Shown here piece by piece: positions 22,111 through 32,422 of a stretch of 64,000 bases of DNA. Source of the DNA: Firmicutes bacterium UBA4795 (GTDB lineage: Bacteria; Bacillota; Desulfotomaculia; Desulfotomaculales; Nap2-2B); the NCBI GenBank assembly GCA_002402825.1, contig DHGP01000006.1, positions 1,613 through 65,612 on the forward strand. Reading direction: 5' to 3'. Numbering within the stretch: position 1 is the first letter of the stretch; every line of letters starts with the position of its first letter. The notes under the pieces were generated by a model. That model was given only the letters and a program-made list of their open reading frames with translations, did not search any database and was not told the origin of the DNA. The position numbers and the translations under genes were made by a program.

Positions 22111-22200
22111 TAAATTTCCTCCTTAAAGCCTGAATTTAAAATAACTTTATTATTTTCAAGCTTTTATTTTTGGCCTAACTTTATATTTCAGGCGGGGTTC

Positions 22201-22593
22201 CTATTCTTTTTCTTTTTCTTTGCCTTCATGACCAAAAGAAACTCCCTGAACATTAACGTTAACTTCAACTACATTTAAGCCGGTCATTTTTTCTACCGCC
22301 TGCTTAACCTTTTCCTGGACTTGTGCAGCCACCTCTGGAATACGCGTCCCGTAATTAATAATCATGGATAAATCAATCGCCGCTTCTTTTTCACCCACTT
22401 CCACTTTTATCCCTTTAGATAAATTTTTTCGGCCCAATATTTCCGTAATCCCGCCTACCACACCCCCGCTCATTCCAACTACCCCATCTATTTCTGTAGC
22501 GGCCAGGCCAGCAATAATTTTTACCACCTCATCAGCTATCTTAATTGACCCTAATTTTGTTTGTTCCTGTTTTACCACGTCTTTTTCCTCCAT
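22201..22593 (-). CDS. Asp23/Gls24 family protein
   Basis: GSIKIADEVV..IAG, LSKGIKVEVGE, MTGLNV; ATG 22593 with AGGAGG SD. Confidence 0.92.
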   Translation of the reverse strand: MEEKDVVKQEQTKLGSIKIADEVVKIIAGLAATEIDGVVGMSGGVVGGITEILGRKNLSKGIKVEVGEKEAAIDLSMIINYGTRIPEVAAQVQEKVKQAVEKMTGLNVVEVNVNVQGVSFGHEGKEKEKE

Positions 22594-22788
22594 GCTTAAT
22601 TGCCTCCTTTTTTTATAAAAATTTAAAATACTGAGCATTTTAAATCTTGACCTCATTTTACTAAAATTAGTTACAAAACACAATAAAAACACGGAAAAAT
22701 GTTATGGTATCGTATAGTTATGATATAATTAAAAGCAAAACGCCTTAAGCCGGCCAACATTCAATTCCAAACAAAGAGGTGTCTGACT

Positions 22789-23697
22789 ATATTTCTTGTT
22801 AATTGCTATGCCGTGGATTCAGCCAATGCCGGCCTGCGCCTGGATGTATTTTTAGCCCGGGAAAATCTAAATTTAAGCCGTACGTACCTGCAGCAACTAA
22901 TCGCGGCAAAAATGGTTATGGTAAATGAAGCCCCTAGCAAGGCCAATTACCGCGTGAAAACAGGGGATAAAATAGTTTTACAGATCCCTCCTCCCCGGAA
23001 GCTACAACTTACGCCTGAAAATATTCCTTTGGATATTTGCTTTGAAGATGAAGATATTATTGTCCTCAATAAACCGCGGGGAATGGTAGTTCACCCTGCG
23101 CCGGGGAATTACACGGGAACGCTGGTTAACGCTCTCCTTTATCATTGTAAGGATTTGTCAGGCATAACCGGCACCCTGCGGCCAGGAATTGTTCACCGGT
23201 TAGATAAAGATACCTCTGGTCTTTTAGTAGTAACTAAAAACGACAATGCCCACCAGTCTTTAGTCCGGCAGTTGAAGGAACGTAAGGTTAGCCGTTGTTA
23301 CCTAGCCTTAGTTTACGGCAATTGCGTTAAAGATAAAGACACCATAAATTTGCCTTTGGGCAGGGATCCCCGTTGCCGAAAGCGCATGGCGGTGGTAATG
23401 TCTAATGGCAGGCCTGCCATTACCCATTACAAAGTTATAAGCCGCTTTGGCGGCTATACCTTTTTAAGCTTGCGCCTGGAAACAGGCCGAACCCACCAAA
23501 TCCGGGTTCACCTAGCCTACATCGGCCATCCGGTGGTTGGGGACCCTAAATATGGTCCCCGCCGCCCTGATTTTAACTTAAAGGGCCAGTTCCTTCACGC
23601 CGCTACCCTGGGATTTTGCCACCCCCGCACCAAAGCTTACCTTGAATTTACCGTTCCTTTGCCTGACGAGTTAAGAAATATTTTGGATCATTTTTAA
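22789..23697 (+). CDS. rluD: RluA/RluD family pseudouridine synthase (probable ATA start)
   Basis: S4 domain, NKPRGMVVHP, HRLDKDTSG, TGRTHQIRVH. Confidence 0.92.
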   Translation: MFLVNCYAVDSANAGLRLDVFLARENLNLSRTYLQQLIAAKMVMVNEAPSKANYRVKTGDKIVLQIPPPRKLQLTPENIPLDICFEDEDIIVLNKPRGMVVHPAPGNYTGTLVNALLYHCKDLSGITGTLRPGIVHRLDKDTSGLLVVTKNDNAHQSLVRQLKERKVSRCYLALVYGNCVKDKDTINLPLGRDPRCRKRMAVVMSNGRPAITHYKVISRFGGYTFLSLRLETGRTHQIRVHLAYIGHPVVGDPKYGPRRPDFNLKGQFLHAATLGFCHPRTKAYLEFTVPLPDELRNILDHF

Positions 23698-24014
23698 ACA
23701 CTTTTGATTCCTAAAGCAAAGCATATAGCATAGTCGGCTTCAGCCATTTTTTCAACTGGCAGAGTGGTGATCAACTCTCCTAATTTTGCTTTTGAAACTG
23801 TCTGAATATGATCGAAGTTCACAGCGCAGATAGTAGACATCCCGTCTTCCGGGCCAATTACAATTTCCGAAGGTATATTTCTGATGTTCGATGTTATAGG
23901 AGCAATGGTAATTTCGTTAAGAAAAGAAATAGCTGAATTTCGGGTCAAAATTAAAATGGGCCGTTTTTTATCCGGGGGCTTAAAAGCATACCATCTTACC
24001 TCCCCCCGATTCAT
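23694..24014 (-). CDS. PemK/MazF family toxin
   Basis: MNRGEV, KKRPILIL, APITS, NFDHIQTV; ATGA overlap with antitoxin stop. Confidence 0.9.
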   Translation of the reverse strand: MNRGEVRWYAFKPPDKKRPILILTRNSAISFLNEITIAPITSNIRNIPSEIVIGPEDGMSTICAVNFDHIQTVSKAKLGELITTLPVEKMAEADYAICFALGIKSV

Positions 24015-24244
24015 CCGTTTCCCCACTCCTGTTCAGGTTCCCAAATGTCAAATTCGCTTGGTTCAACAGGTTTTTTAAGATAACCTTCCCGATGTTTATG
24101 CTCTAGTAGTAAAACTTTCTGTTTTTGCAGGGTAAGCCGGAGAGCATCCCGGATATACGCTGATCTCGTGATGCCAAGTTGTTGTACAGCCTGATCCACT
24201 TCTTTTAACAGACCTTCATCAATTGTAATTTGAATGGCCCGCAT
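24011..24244 (-). CDS. Ribbon-helix-helix (CopG/MazE-like) antitoxin
   Basis: IQITIDEGLLKEVD...TRSAYIRDAL; immediately upstream of toxin. Confidence 0.87.
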   Translation of the reverse strand: MRAIQITIDEGLLKEVDQAVQQLGITRSAYIRDALRLTLQKQKVLLLEHKHREGYLKKPVEPSEFDIWEPEQEWGNG

Positions 24245-24266
24245 TTAAAAACCCTACCCCCTCTAT

Positions 24267-24314
24267 AATGTGGCTTTTACTCAACATTCTAATATACATC
24301 AAGATAATTGTCAA
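24267..24314 (-). promoter_or_regulatory. TA promoter with probable autoregulatory operator
   Basis: TTGACA-17 nt-TAGAAT; inverted repeat AATGTTG...CCACATT overlapping -10/+1. Confidence 0.65.
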
Positions 24315-24532
24315 GCTCAACACAGATATAGATACTGTTAAGAATCTTCCGGATACAGTTGATATTTGAGTAGCTTTCCTAATTTTAAATAAAAAGTAAG
24401 CATTGATCAAAAAGCGATTACTGCAAAGGGCAAAATTTAGGATATGAACGTTGCTCCTTTATGGAAATATTTCCTTAGTTTCCCCATGTATGGTTTTATC
24501 TGTTGCATAGCAGAAGTTGGTTTATTGGTGTA

Positions 24533-25894
24533 TCATTCGGGGTGATTGACATCATTTTCTTCATGTTCCATTTCTATCAAGCCGGCAGGCATAAGAAGCT
24601 TTTGTTCGGGCGCTTCTTCTACGTTTTTCAGGTTTCTTTGTATAGCGCGGGTTCTTTTCTGGGCTTCCGTTACTGTATTGGTAACTGTCTTAAGTTGTTT
24701 ATCTATTTTGTCCAAGACACTGCTGTATTTGTTAAATTCAGTTTTAACGCTGCCTAGAAGGGTCCATACTTCGCTTGAATGCTTTTGAATCGCCAAAGTT
24801 TTAAAACCAACGGCCAAACTATTGAGAAATGCGGCCAGAGTGGAGGGACCGGTTACATTGACCTTGTATTCTCTCTGAAGATGCTCAACTAAACCTGTCC
24901 GGCGCAAAACCTCCGCATAGAGGCTTTCGGTAGGAAGGAACATTATGCCGAAATCTGTAGTTTCGGGAACTGAGATGTACTTAGCGCAAATGTCTTTAGC
25001 CTGGGACTTAATCCTGCTTTCCAAGCCTTTACCTGCCTGCTCAATTAATTCCACATTACCTGTTTCATAAGCGTCCAATAAGCGCAAATAGTCTTCCTGG
25101 GGAAATTTAGCGTCAATAGGCAAAAGCACCGGCCCAGAATCATCCGGACCTGGAAGCTTCACGGCGTACTCTACTATTTCACTGCTGTTCTTTTTAGTCG
25201 GTACGTTTTTAAGATACTGTTCAGGAATGAGTATTTCTTCCAGAATGTTTCCTAACTGAATTTCGCCAAAGATACCCCGGGCCTTAACGTTAGTTAGCAC
25301 TTTTTTAAGATCACCCACGCCGACGGCCAACGTCTGCATTTCACCCAAGCCCTTATATACCTGTTCTAAACGTTCGCTGACCAGCTTAAACGATTCACCT
25401 AATCTTTGCTCCAGCGTATGGTGCAATTTTTCGTCCACCGTAGCCCGCATTTCCTCCAGTTTCTTAGCGTTGTTTTCCTGAAGATAGCGAAGGTTTCCTT
25501 CAACGGTAGATCTTACTGCTTCTAATTTTTGTTCGTTTGATTGGGTCAAGGCATTGATTTGTTTTAACACTCCATCCAACTGGTTTTGCTGAAGGCTTGC
25601 CATTTCGGTTATACGGGCTGATACAGATCCGCCAAAAAGATTTAAAGAACCAGTAATTTCTTCTCTGTTTTTCCCTATCTCTTCGCGAAGAGAATGTTCG
25701 ATTTTTTCCTGAGTTTTGCTCAAGACGGTTAAACCAAAATTTAACTGTTGAAAGGTATTATTTAAGTTAACGATACTGTCGTTAACAGTACGTATTAAGG
25801 GGTTTAATTCCTGTAATTTTGACTGGAGAAAAATTTGAAGAATAATTACCCCTAAAATAAACAAAGATAAAAGTCCTAAAATAACGTTAAACAT
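24533..25894 (-). CDS. rmuC: DNA recombination protein RmuC
   Basis: N-terminal TM, coiled coil, KARGIFGEIQL, LPIDAKFP, MFLPTESLY. Confidence 0.92.
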   Translation of the reverse strand: MFNVILGLLSLFILGVIILQIFLQSKLQELNPLIRTVNDSIVNLNNTFQQLNFGLTVLSKTQEKIEHSLREEIGKNREEITGSLNLFGGSVSARITEMASLQQNQLDGVLKQINALTQSNEQKLEAVRSTVEGNLRYLQENNAKKLEEMRATVDEKLHHTLEQRLGESFKLVSERLEQVYKGLGEMQTLAVGVGDLKKVLTNVKARGIFGEIQLGNILEEILIPEQYLKNVPTKKNSSEIVEYAVKLPGPDDSGPVLLPIDAKFPQEDYLRLLDAYETGNVELIEQAGKGLESRIKSQAKDICAKYISVPETTDFGIMFLPTESLYAEVLRRTGLVEHLQREYKVNVTGPSTLAAFLNSLAVGFKTLAIQKHSSEVWTLLGSVKTEFNKYSSVLDKIDKQLKTVTNTVTEAQKRTRAIQRNLKNVEEAPEQKLLMPAGLIEMEHEENDVNHPE

Positions 25895-25916
25895 TTTATT
25901 TCATCCTTTCTTCCAA

Positions 25917-25944
25917 GTAGGGGCATTAAATTTAACGCCCCTAC
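25917..25944. repeat. REP-like palindrome family A
   Basis: GTAGGGGCATTAAATTTAACGCCCCTAC. Confidence 0.85.
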
Positions 25945-25953
25945 CTATTCGGG

Positions 25954-27369
25954 TTAAATATCCGGTTTAATTTTTACTTTTAACTGCTCCCGCTTGACTA
26001 ACCGGCCATTAAGCAGCCTTGAAGTTAGTCCCAGGATAATGGCTACCAGCAAGGTACCCGCAAAAGATACCGCGCCGTGGTAATGGTACCAAAACAGTAA
26101 GTAAAGGTGAGAAATAATAATAGACATAACCATTAAAGGAAAGGCGACCTTTAGGTAGCTAATAAAGGAAATAAGAACCCCTCTTTTTTCAGCCATTCCA
26201 ATAACAACCACGTTGGCCGACGCCCCTATGATCGTTCCATTGCCCCCCAGACAAGCTCCCAGGGATAAACTCCACCAAAGCAGGTTCAGGTTGCTTATAT
26301 GACCCAACCTCCCCATGTCCTGGATAAGCGGAATCATCGTGGCTACAAAAGGAATATTGTCTACAAAGGCAGAGGCAACAGCCGAAAGCCATAAGATTAG
26401 GGTGGCGGTCGGAACCAGCGCTCCATTAGTTACGTCTAAGGAAAGTTTGGCTACTCTTTCAATTACCCCAACCTTATCCAGGGCTCCAACTACAACAAAT
26501 AAGCCCCCAAAAAAGAAAATAACCGGCCATTCTACCGCCTGAAAGGCCTGGCTAGGGTCATCTCTGGTAATTAGGAGCAGCAAACTGGCTCCACTTAAGG
26601 CAATTACTGAAGATTCCAGGTGCAGGTACTGGTGCAAGACAAATCCGGCCACCGTCAAGGCAATTACAATTAAACATTTCCTTAGTAAAAGATAATCTTT
26701 AATCTCATCCTTTTCGTTTAACTGCAAAATGCTTTCCTGTAATCTTGGACTGGTAAAAAGTTGCCGGCGGTAAATAACCCGTATAGCTAAAATGGTAAGA
26801 ATAAAAATAACTATAATAATAGGGGTCAGGTTAAGAAAAAAATCCATAAAGCCCAGGCCGGTTCTGCTGCCGATCATGATGTTAGGCGGGTCTCCAATAA
26901 GCGTGGCGGTGCCGCCAATATTGGAAGAAATTATTTCCGCCACTAAAAAGGGAATGGGGCTAATTTCAAGCTGTTTTGCAATGGCAAAGGTTACAGGAAC
27001 AATAAGCAGTACCGTAGTAACATTATCTAGAAAAGCAGAAGTTACTGTCGTAACCAGCGCTAAAGAACCAATAATTCTAAAAGGCTCACCTTTCCCTAAC
27101 CTGGCCGCTTTTATAGCCATATATTCAAAAAAGCCCGTTTGTCTGGTAACACCGACAATAATCATCATCCCGGTTAATAAACCGATGGTATTAAAATCAA
27201 TAACCTGAACGGCTTGCTGTACACTTAAAACTTGGGTTAGGGCCAGTAAAGCAGCTCCAATCATGGCAGCTACGGCTCGGTGAATTTTCTCGGATATAAT
27301 TACGGCGTAAGTAAGCAAAAAAATAGCGGTCGCCAGAATAACCTGAAAATGCTGCAAATGCTCCGCCAA
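25954..27369 (-). CDS. ArsB/NhaD (SLC13-like) transporter
   Basis: SAFLDNVTTV, SNIGGTATLIGDPPN, SAFVDNIP, LGGNGTIIGASAN. Confidence 0.9.
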   Translation of the reverse strand: MAEHLQHFQVILATAIFLLTYAVIISEKIHRAVAAMIGAALLALTQVLSVQQAVQVIDFNTIGLLTGMMIIVGVTRQTGFFEYMAIKAARLGKGEPFRIIGSLALVTTVTSAFLDNVTTVLLIVPVTFAIAKQLEISPIPFLVAEIISSNIGGTATLIGDPPNIMIGSRTGLGFMDFFLNLTPIIIVIFILTILAIRVIYRRQLFTSPRLQESILQLNEKDEIKDYLLLRKCLIVIALTVAGFVLHQYLHLESSVIALSGASLLLLITRDDPSQAFQAVEWPVIFFFGGLFVVVGALDKVGVIERVAKLSLDVTNGALVPTATLILWLSAVASAFVDNIPFVATMIPLIQDMGRLGHISNLNLLWWSLSLGACLGGNGTIIGASANVVVIGMAEKRGVLISFISYLKVAFPLMVMSIIISHLYLLFWYHYHGAVSFAGTLLVAIILGLTSRLLNGRLVKREQLKVKIKPDI

Positions 27370-27384
27370 ATAAATTCCTCCCTT

Positions 27385-27412
27385 GTAGGGGCGTTAAATT
27401 TAACGCTCCTAC
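27385..27412. repeat. REP-like palindrome family A
   Basis: GTAGGGGCGTTAAATTTAACGCTCCTAC; supplies the nadE stop TAG. Confidence 0.85.
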
Positions 27413-29079
27413 TGCTGTTGCCACGCAATTGGTATCCGCCGCCCCATGCCAAAGGCTTTGGTAGTTACTTTAAGGCCCAGGGCAGCCTGACGTCGTTTGT
27501 ATTCCGCCCGGTCAATTTTTTGGATAATTTCCCGTACCAACGCCGCGTCATAGCCGGCCGCGATAATTTCTGCCGCCGGTTTATTCTCTTCGATATACAG
27601 ATGCAAGATAGCATCTAAAATTTCATAAGGAGGTAAAAAATCCTGGTCGGTTTGGTCTGGCTTTAGTTCGGCGGAAGGAGGCTTAATCAACACTTGAGCG
27701 GGGATGATTTCCCGTTCCCGGTTAATGTACCTGGCTAAAACATAAACCATTGTTTTAGGTACATCAGAAATAACGGCCAACCCACCGCACATATCTCCGT
27801 AAAGGGTACAGTACCCCACCGCCAGCTCTGATTTGTTTCCCGTGCTTAAGGTAAGGTAACCCTCCCGGTTAGAAATGAACATTAAAATATTACCGCGAAT
27901 ACGGGCCTGAATGTTTTCTTCGGCCAAATCAACCAAAGGCGCATTTTCTTTATTTAACGTGGTCAGATACCCATCAAAGATACTCTGAATAGGTATTTCC
28001 CGGTACGCTATGCCCAGGTTTAAAGCCAACTGACGTGCATCAGCCAGGCTGCTCGGTGAAGAATATTTTGAGGGCATGGCCACCCCTAAAACATTTTCCT
28101 TGCCGCAGGCAGCAGCGGACAGGGCGGCAACAACAGATGAATCAATGCCCCCACTTAATCCCACTACTACCCGTTTAAAGCCGGTTTTACGCAGGTAGTC
28201 TTTAATTCCCAGCACCAGAGCATGATAAAGGCAACCTATATCCTCCGGCGAAGGCGCGCGGTAAATTTTTTCTGGAAAAAGCTCCTCTTTTGTCCTTACC
28301 CAATCTTCCAGATATAGGGCATTATCCTGGTAGCTGAAGAAGAGCATATCTTCACCAAAGCTTCCTGCCCGGCCAATTGTTTCACCTTTAGAATCAACGG
28401 CCAAACTGGACCCGTCAAAAATAAGTTCATCATTGCCGCCCACCTGGTTAGCGTAAACAAAAATTTTGCGATACTTAACGGCCATTTTTTGCAGCATATC
28501 AGAGCGCAGGTCAATCTTGCCGTAATGGTAAGGGGAGGCAGAAATATTAATGATAAAATCTGCTCCTTGGGCAATTAATTCTTCCACGGGATCAACCGGG
28601 TAATTGCGCCTGTTCCAGTAATCCTTGTCGTTCCAAATGTCTTCGCAAACGGTCAAGCCGAGCTTTAATCCCTTAAATAAAACCGGCTTTCTTTTTAGAG
28701 CCGGTTTAAAATACCGGTTTTCTTCAAAGACATCATAATCCGGCAGCAACGTTTTATCCTGGCGTCCTAATAGCTTGCCTTCGTAGAAAAGTAAGGCCGC
28801 GTTGTAAAGATTCCCGGAATCAACTACCGGAGCACCAATTAGCACTCCCAGTTTTATGCTTTTAGGAGCAACATCTTTTTTTAAAGATATTTCTACCTGC
28901 TCTAAAAGATCCTGGCGCCACAAAAGATCGCGCGGCGGGTAACCAATTATCGTCAATTCAGGGAAGATAACCAAATCAGCCTTTAACCGGCCGGCAAAAT
29001 CTATGGCCCGTAAAATCTTAGCCGTATTATACTTAATGTTAGCAATTATAGGGTTAATTTGGACAAGGGCAATTCTCAT
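27409..29079 (-). CDS. nadE: Glutamine-dependent NAD+ synthetase
   Basis: Nitrilase domain (FPEL, CED) plus GLSGGIDS, ENIQARIR, GNKSE, PPSAEL. Confidence 0.96.
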   Translation of the reverse strand: MRIALVQINPIIANIKYNTAKILRAIDFAGRLKADLVIFPELTIIGYPPRDLLWRQDLLEQVEISLKKDVAPKSIKLGVLIGAPVVDSGNLYNAALLFYEGKLLGRQDKTLLPDYDVFEENRYFKPALKRKPVLFKGLKLGLTVCEDIWNDKDYWNRRNYPVDPVEELIAQGADFIINISASPYHYGKIDLRSDMLQKMAVKYRKIFVYANQVGGNDELIFDGSSLAVDSKGETIGRAGSFGEDMLFFSYQDNALYLEDWVRTKEELFPEKIYRAPSPEDIGCLYHALVLGIKDYLRKTGFKRVVVGLSGGIDSSVVAALSAAACGKENVLGVAMPSKYSSPSSLADARQLALNLGIAYREIPIQSIFDGYLTTLNKENAPLVDLAEENIQARIRGNILMFISNREGYLTLSTGNKSELAVGYCTLYGDMCGGLAVISDVPKTMVYVLARYINREREIIPAQVLIKPPSAELKPDQTDQDFLPPYEILDAILHLYIEENKPAAEIIAAGYDAALVREIIQKIDRAEYKRRQAALGLKVTTKAFGMGRRIPIAWQQQ

Positions 29080-29091
29080 CTTAACCTCACT

Positions 29092-29868
29092 TTAAGATTT
29101 GTCGCTGCTGTTACGCTCGTAAATAATTTGTAATCCTTTTAAGGTAAGCAGAGGATCAACCTCATTAATCGTGCTTGACTCGACGGCCATTAGCTCAGCT
29201 AACCCTCCCGTAGCCAGGACAAAGGGGTTTTCCCCTAATTCTTTTTTTATCCGGCGAACAATTTCATCAACCTGACCTACAAAACCGTATAGAATGCCTG
29301 ATTGCATACTGTTAACCGTATTTTTGCCGATTACAGAGGGAGGTTTTACCAATTCAACGCGGGGAAGTTTGGCCGCGCGGGTAAATAAGGCTTCGGTTGA
29401 AATATTAATCCCTGGAGCAATAGCCCCTCCTAAATATTCCCCGGACGCGGAAATAACGCAAAAAGTTGTGGCGGTACCAAAATCTACAATAATAAGCGGG
29501 CCACCGTATAAAGTATAGCCGGCTACGGCATTAACAATACGGTCAGCCCCAATTTCACGCGGATTTTCATATTTTATAGGCATGCCCGTTTTTATGCCGG
29601 GCCCAACAATCAAAGGACTTAAATTAAAGTAATTCTTTGCCATTTGTTCTAAAGCCAGCATAAGAGGAGGAACGACCGAGGAAACAATTAAGGCTTTAAT
29701 ATCTTGAAAAGAGATACCAGCGTGACCAAAAAGATTCATCAGCAACATTCCATACTCATCAGCCGTACGGTAAGGGAAAGTAGACAGACGCCAGTGTTTC
29801 AGCAGTTCTTTATTCTGATACACTCCTAAGACAATATTAGTGTTGCCCACATCAAACCCTAAGAGCAT
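29092..29868 (-). CDS. coaX: Type III pantothenate kinase
   Basis: DVGNTN, GADRIVN, DFGTATT, ATGG. Confidence 0.96.
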   Translation of the reverse strand: MLLGFDVGNTNIVLGVYQNKELLKHWRLSTFPYRTADEYGMLLMNLFGHAGISFQDIKALIVSSVVPPLMLALEQMAKNYFNLSPLIVGPGIKTGMPIKYENPREIGADRIVNAVAGYTLYGGPLIIVDFGTATTFCVISASGEYLGGAIAPGINISTEALFTRAAKLPRVELVKPPSVIGKNTVNSMQSGILYGFVGQVDEIVRRIKKELGENPFVLATGGLAELMAVESSTINEVDPLLTLKGLQIIYERNSSDKS

Positions 29869-29873
29869 ATATT

Positions 29874-30851
29874 TTAAGTCACCCCTCGCAAAGAAATTTC
29901 TCCCGCGATAAAACGACGTATCTCACCAGTGGATAAGCGCAATAATAAAGCCCCACTTAAATCTACATCTTCTACCCAACCTACCCAGCTTTCTTTTAAG
30001 CTGCTTAAACGCACTAAACCAGGCAGGTGAACACATAACTTTTTCCATTGGTGCAAAATGGGAGTAAATCCCTCTTCCAACCAAACAAGATATAACTTTT
30101 CTAATTCCTTTAAAGTCGCCTGCAAAAGACGTAACCGGTTTACAGACCGGCCACTTTCAATTTTTAGAGAAGTGGCTACTTCTTTTAAGAAGGGAGGGAA
30201 GTCTCCCGCTTCAATATTTACATTAAGGCCTATCCCTAAGACCAGATACCTTACCCGCTCCATCTCTGCCCCCATTTCCGTAAGAATACCACACACCTTT
30301 CGCCCTTTAAGGTATATATCGTTAGGCCACTTAATACCAGCCTTGATCCCAACTACCTCCATGATTGCCTGGGCTATAGCTACTGAAACTAACAGGGTTA
30401 TTGGCGGTACCTCAACCGGATTAATTTTTGGGTAAAGGATAACCGAACACCATATTCCTTTACCGTAAGGAGAAAACCAACCCCTCGACAGGCGGCCGCG
30501 GCCTGCGCTTTGCGCCTCGGCAATCACCAGACTGCCATCGGCAACCCCTTGTATGGCTAAGTCTTTGGCTATTTGATTTGTTGAATTCGCCTCTTTAAAA
30601 TAATAAACCGTGCGACCCAAAAAATTAGTCGTCAGGTTATAGGTAACTTCTTCCGGGTATAAAAAATCAGGAACACTCACCAGGCGGTAACCGACGTTAG
30701 GCTGGGCCATTATTTCATACCCATCTTTACGTAGCGCCTGGATATGTTTCCATATTGAGGTTCGGGAAACACCCAGAGCTTTACATATACTTTCTCCTGA
30801 AATAGCCTGCGGATAACCATTTTTCAATAGATATAAAATTTGTTTTTTCAT
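29874..30851 (-). CDS. birA: Bifunctional biotin ligase/repressor
   Basis: HTH ([10 protein letters not shown]), STN, GRGRL, KWPND, K.CGIL.E. Confidence 0.95.
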   Translation of the reverse strand: MKKQILYLLKNGYPQAISGESICKALGVSRTSIWKHIQALRKDGYEIMAQPNVGYRLVSVPDFLYPEEVTYNLTTNFLGRTVYYFKEANSTNQIAKDLAIQGVADGSLVIAEAQSAGRGRLSRGWFSPYGKGIWCSVILYPKINPVEVPPITLLVSVAIAQAIMEVVGIKAGIKWPNDIYLKGRKVCGILTEMGAEMERVRYLVLGIGLNVNIEAGDFPPFLKEVATSLKIESGRSVNRLRLLQATLKELEKLYLVWLEEGFTPILHQWKKLCVHLPGLVRLSSLKESWVGWVEDVDLSGALLLRLSTGEIRRFIAGEISLRGVT

Positions 30852-30858
30852 TTTTCCT

Positions 30859-31467
30859 CTAAAAACGGTGGATTAAAGCTTTAGCCAACATATCCAGGAC
30901 AACCTTATCCGTAGGAAAGGCAAGCGGTGGCGGGTCAGTTAGATTATAGTAAGCCAGTTGATCTAGATCGTCTCCTGCCTGTAATTCTCCCCCCGTTACT
31001 TCAGCCATAAACCATATTCCTACGGTATGCAGTTCAGGATTGTGAAAATTAGACTGTACCGTAAAAACCCCTTTTAAAACAATGTCTAAGTTGGTTTCCT
31101 CTTTAAATTCCCGAATCACCGCCTGGTAAACATCTTCATCATATTCTACATAACCACAAGGAATACACCAAAGCCCCTTATTTAAGGCCGTCGGTCGTTC
31201 GTCGTCGGCCGTCGGTATGGTTAAAGAATTAGTTTGTTTTTTTCTCCTGACGTCTGACGCCTGAGGACTAACGTCCACTAATGTGGCACAGCGCCTTCCC
31301 AGCAATATTTGCTTATCTTCGTTTAAAACAATAGCGGCTACTCCTACCGCAGGGTTTTCATAAAAAACATAACTGCACTTAAGACAAACTAAACGGGGGC
31401 GCTCCCGGTATTGCTTATATTTTAAATTTCCCCCACACTTAGGGCAATAAAAAAAACGCTGCTTCAC
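30859..31467 (-). CDS. Zinc-ribbon Nudix hydrolase with an in-frame repeat-derived insertion
   Basis: YCPKCG, C..C...YENP, GYVEYDE...REFKEET Nudix box; GTGA overlap with nadC stop. Confidence 0.88.
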   Translation of the reverse strand: MKQRFFYCPKCGGNLKYKQYRERPRLVCLKCSYVFYENPAVGVAAIVLNEDKQILLGRRCATLVDVSPQASDVRRKKQTNSLTIPTADDERPTALNKGLWCIPCGYVEYDEDVYQAVIREFKEETNLDIVLKGVFTVQSNFHNPELHTVGIWFMAEVTGGELQAGDDLDQLAYYNLTDPPPLAFPTDKVVLDMLAKALIHRF

Positions 31468-32315
31468 TTTTGTCTTTTCACTTCCAAGCATAAGTTCATG
31501 TCCAAGGCTCTGGCTGAGTGCGTAATTGCCCCAATCGAAATAAAGTCAACCCCTGATTTTGCCACCTCTAAAATATTTGCCTCATTAATTCTCCCTGAAG
31601 CTTCTGTACGGGCCCGTCCGTTAATTACCTTTACGGCCTGACGCATAACTTCCGGGGTCATATTATCCAGCATAATAATATCTACCTCAGCCGCCAATGC
31701 TTCCTCCACCCCCGCTAAATCCTCCACTTCTACCTCAATCTTTATCAACGGAGATATGCTTCTACGCGCCTTTTGGACGGCACGCGCAATACCTCCAGCA
31801 ATTTTAAGGTGGTTGTTTTTAATCAGTATTCCGTCAAATAAACCAAAACGGTGGTTATATCCCCCGCCCACGCGCACGGCGTATTTTTCTAAAACCCGCA
31901 GTCCCGGGGTTGTTTTACGGGTATCAATAATATTTACCGGAAAATCTTTAATTATTTCTTTAAGGGTGGCTGTATAGGTGGCAATGCCCGACAGACGCTG
32001 CAAAAAGTTTAAGGCCAGGCGCTCCCCGCTCAATATAGACTGCAACCTGCCTTCTACCACCGCCAATATTTGCGCCTCAATGACCCAACTTCCCTCACGA
32101 ACTTGGGGGGTAAATAATATTTCTTGGTCCAGACGCTGAAAAACGGCAGCCGCCACGGGTAATCCCGCTATTATGCCCTTTTCTTTAGTCCGAATATAGC
32201 CCCATCCAGTTAAGTCAGCGTCAACTACGCTTAAAGTAGTTATATCTCCAGAGCCAATATCCTCATTCAAGGCACGGTCAACTATTTTTGTTAAAAGATT
32301 GTAACTTAAAGTCAC
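31464..32315 (-). CDS. nadC: Quinolinate phosphoribosyltransferase
   Basis: EDIGSGDITT, DTRKTTPG, NHRFGL, IMLDN, EASG. Confidence 0.96.
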   Translation of the reverse strand: MTLSYNLLTKIVDRALNEDIGSGDITTLSVVDADLTGWGYIRTKEKGIIAGLPVAAAVFQRLDQEILFTPQVREGSWVIEAQILAVVEGRLQSILSGERLALNFLQRLSGIATYTATLKEIIKDFPVNIIDTRKTTPGLRVLEKYAVRVGGGYNHRFGLFDGILIKNNHLKIAGGIARAVQKARRSISPLIKIEVEVEDLAGVEEALAAEVDIIMLDNMTPEVMRQAVKVINGRARTEASGRINEANILEVAKSGVDFISIGAITHSARALDMNLCLEVKRQK

Positions 32316-32349
32316 TTTTAAACTCACCTCAAAAAAGTTAAAGTTAACA

Positions 32350-32422
32350 GTAGGTTAACCAGTGGCACAGGCCCGTAGGGTAGGCATCCTGCCTGCCCGA
32401 AGCCTGTGGTTAACGCCCCTAT
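32350..32422. repeat. Composite repeat: family-B REP (32375-32398) inside an inverted repeat, next to a family-A half copy
   Basis: GTAGGGTAGGCATCCTGCCTGCCC flanked by CACAGGC/GCCTGTG; TTAACGCCCCTAT carries the nadB stop. Confidence 0.7.
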
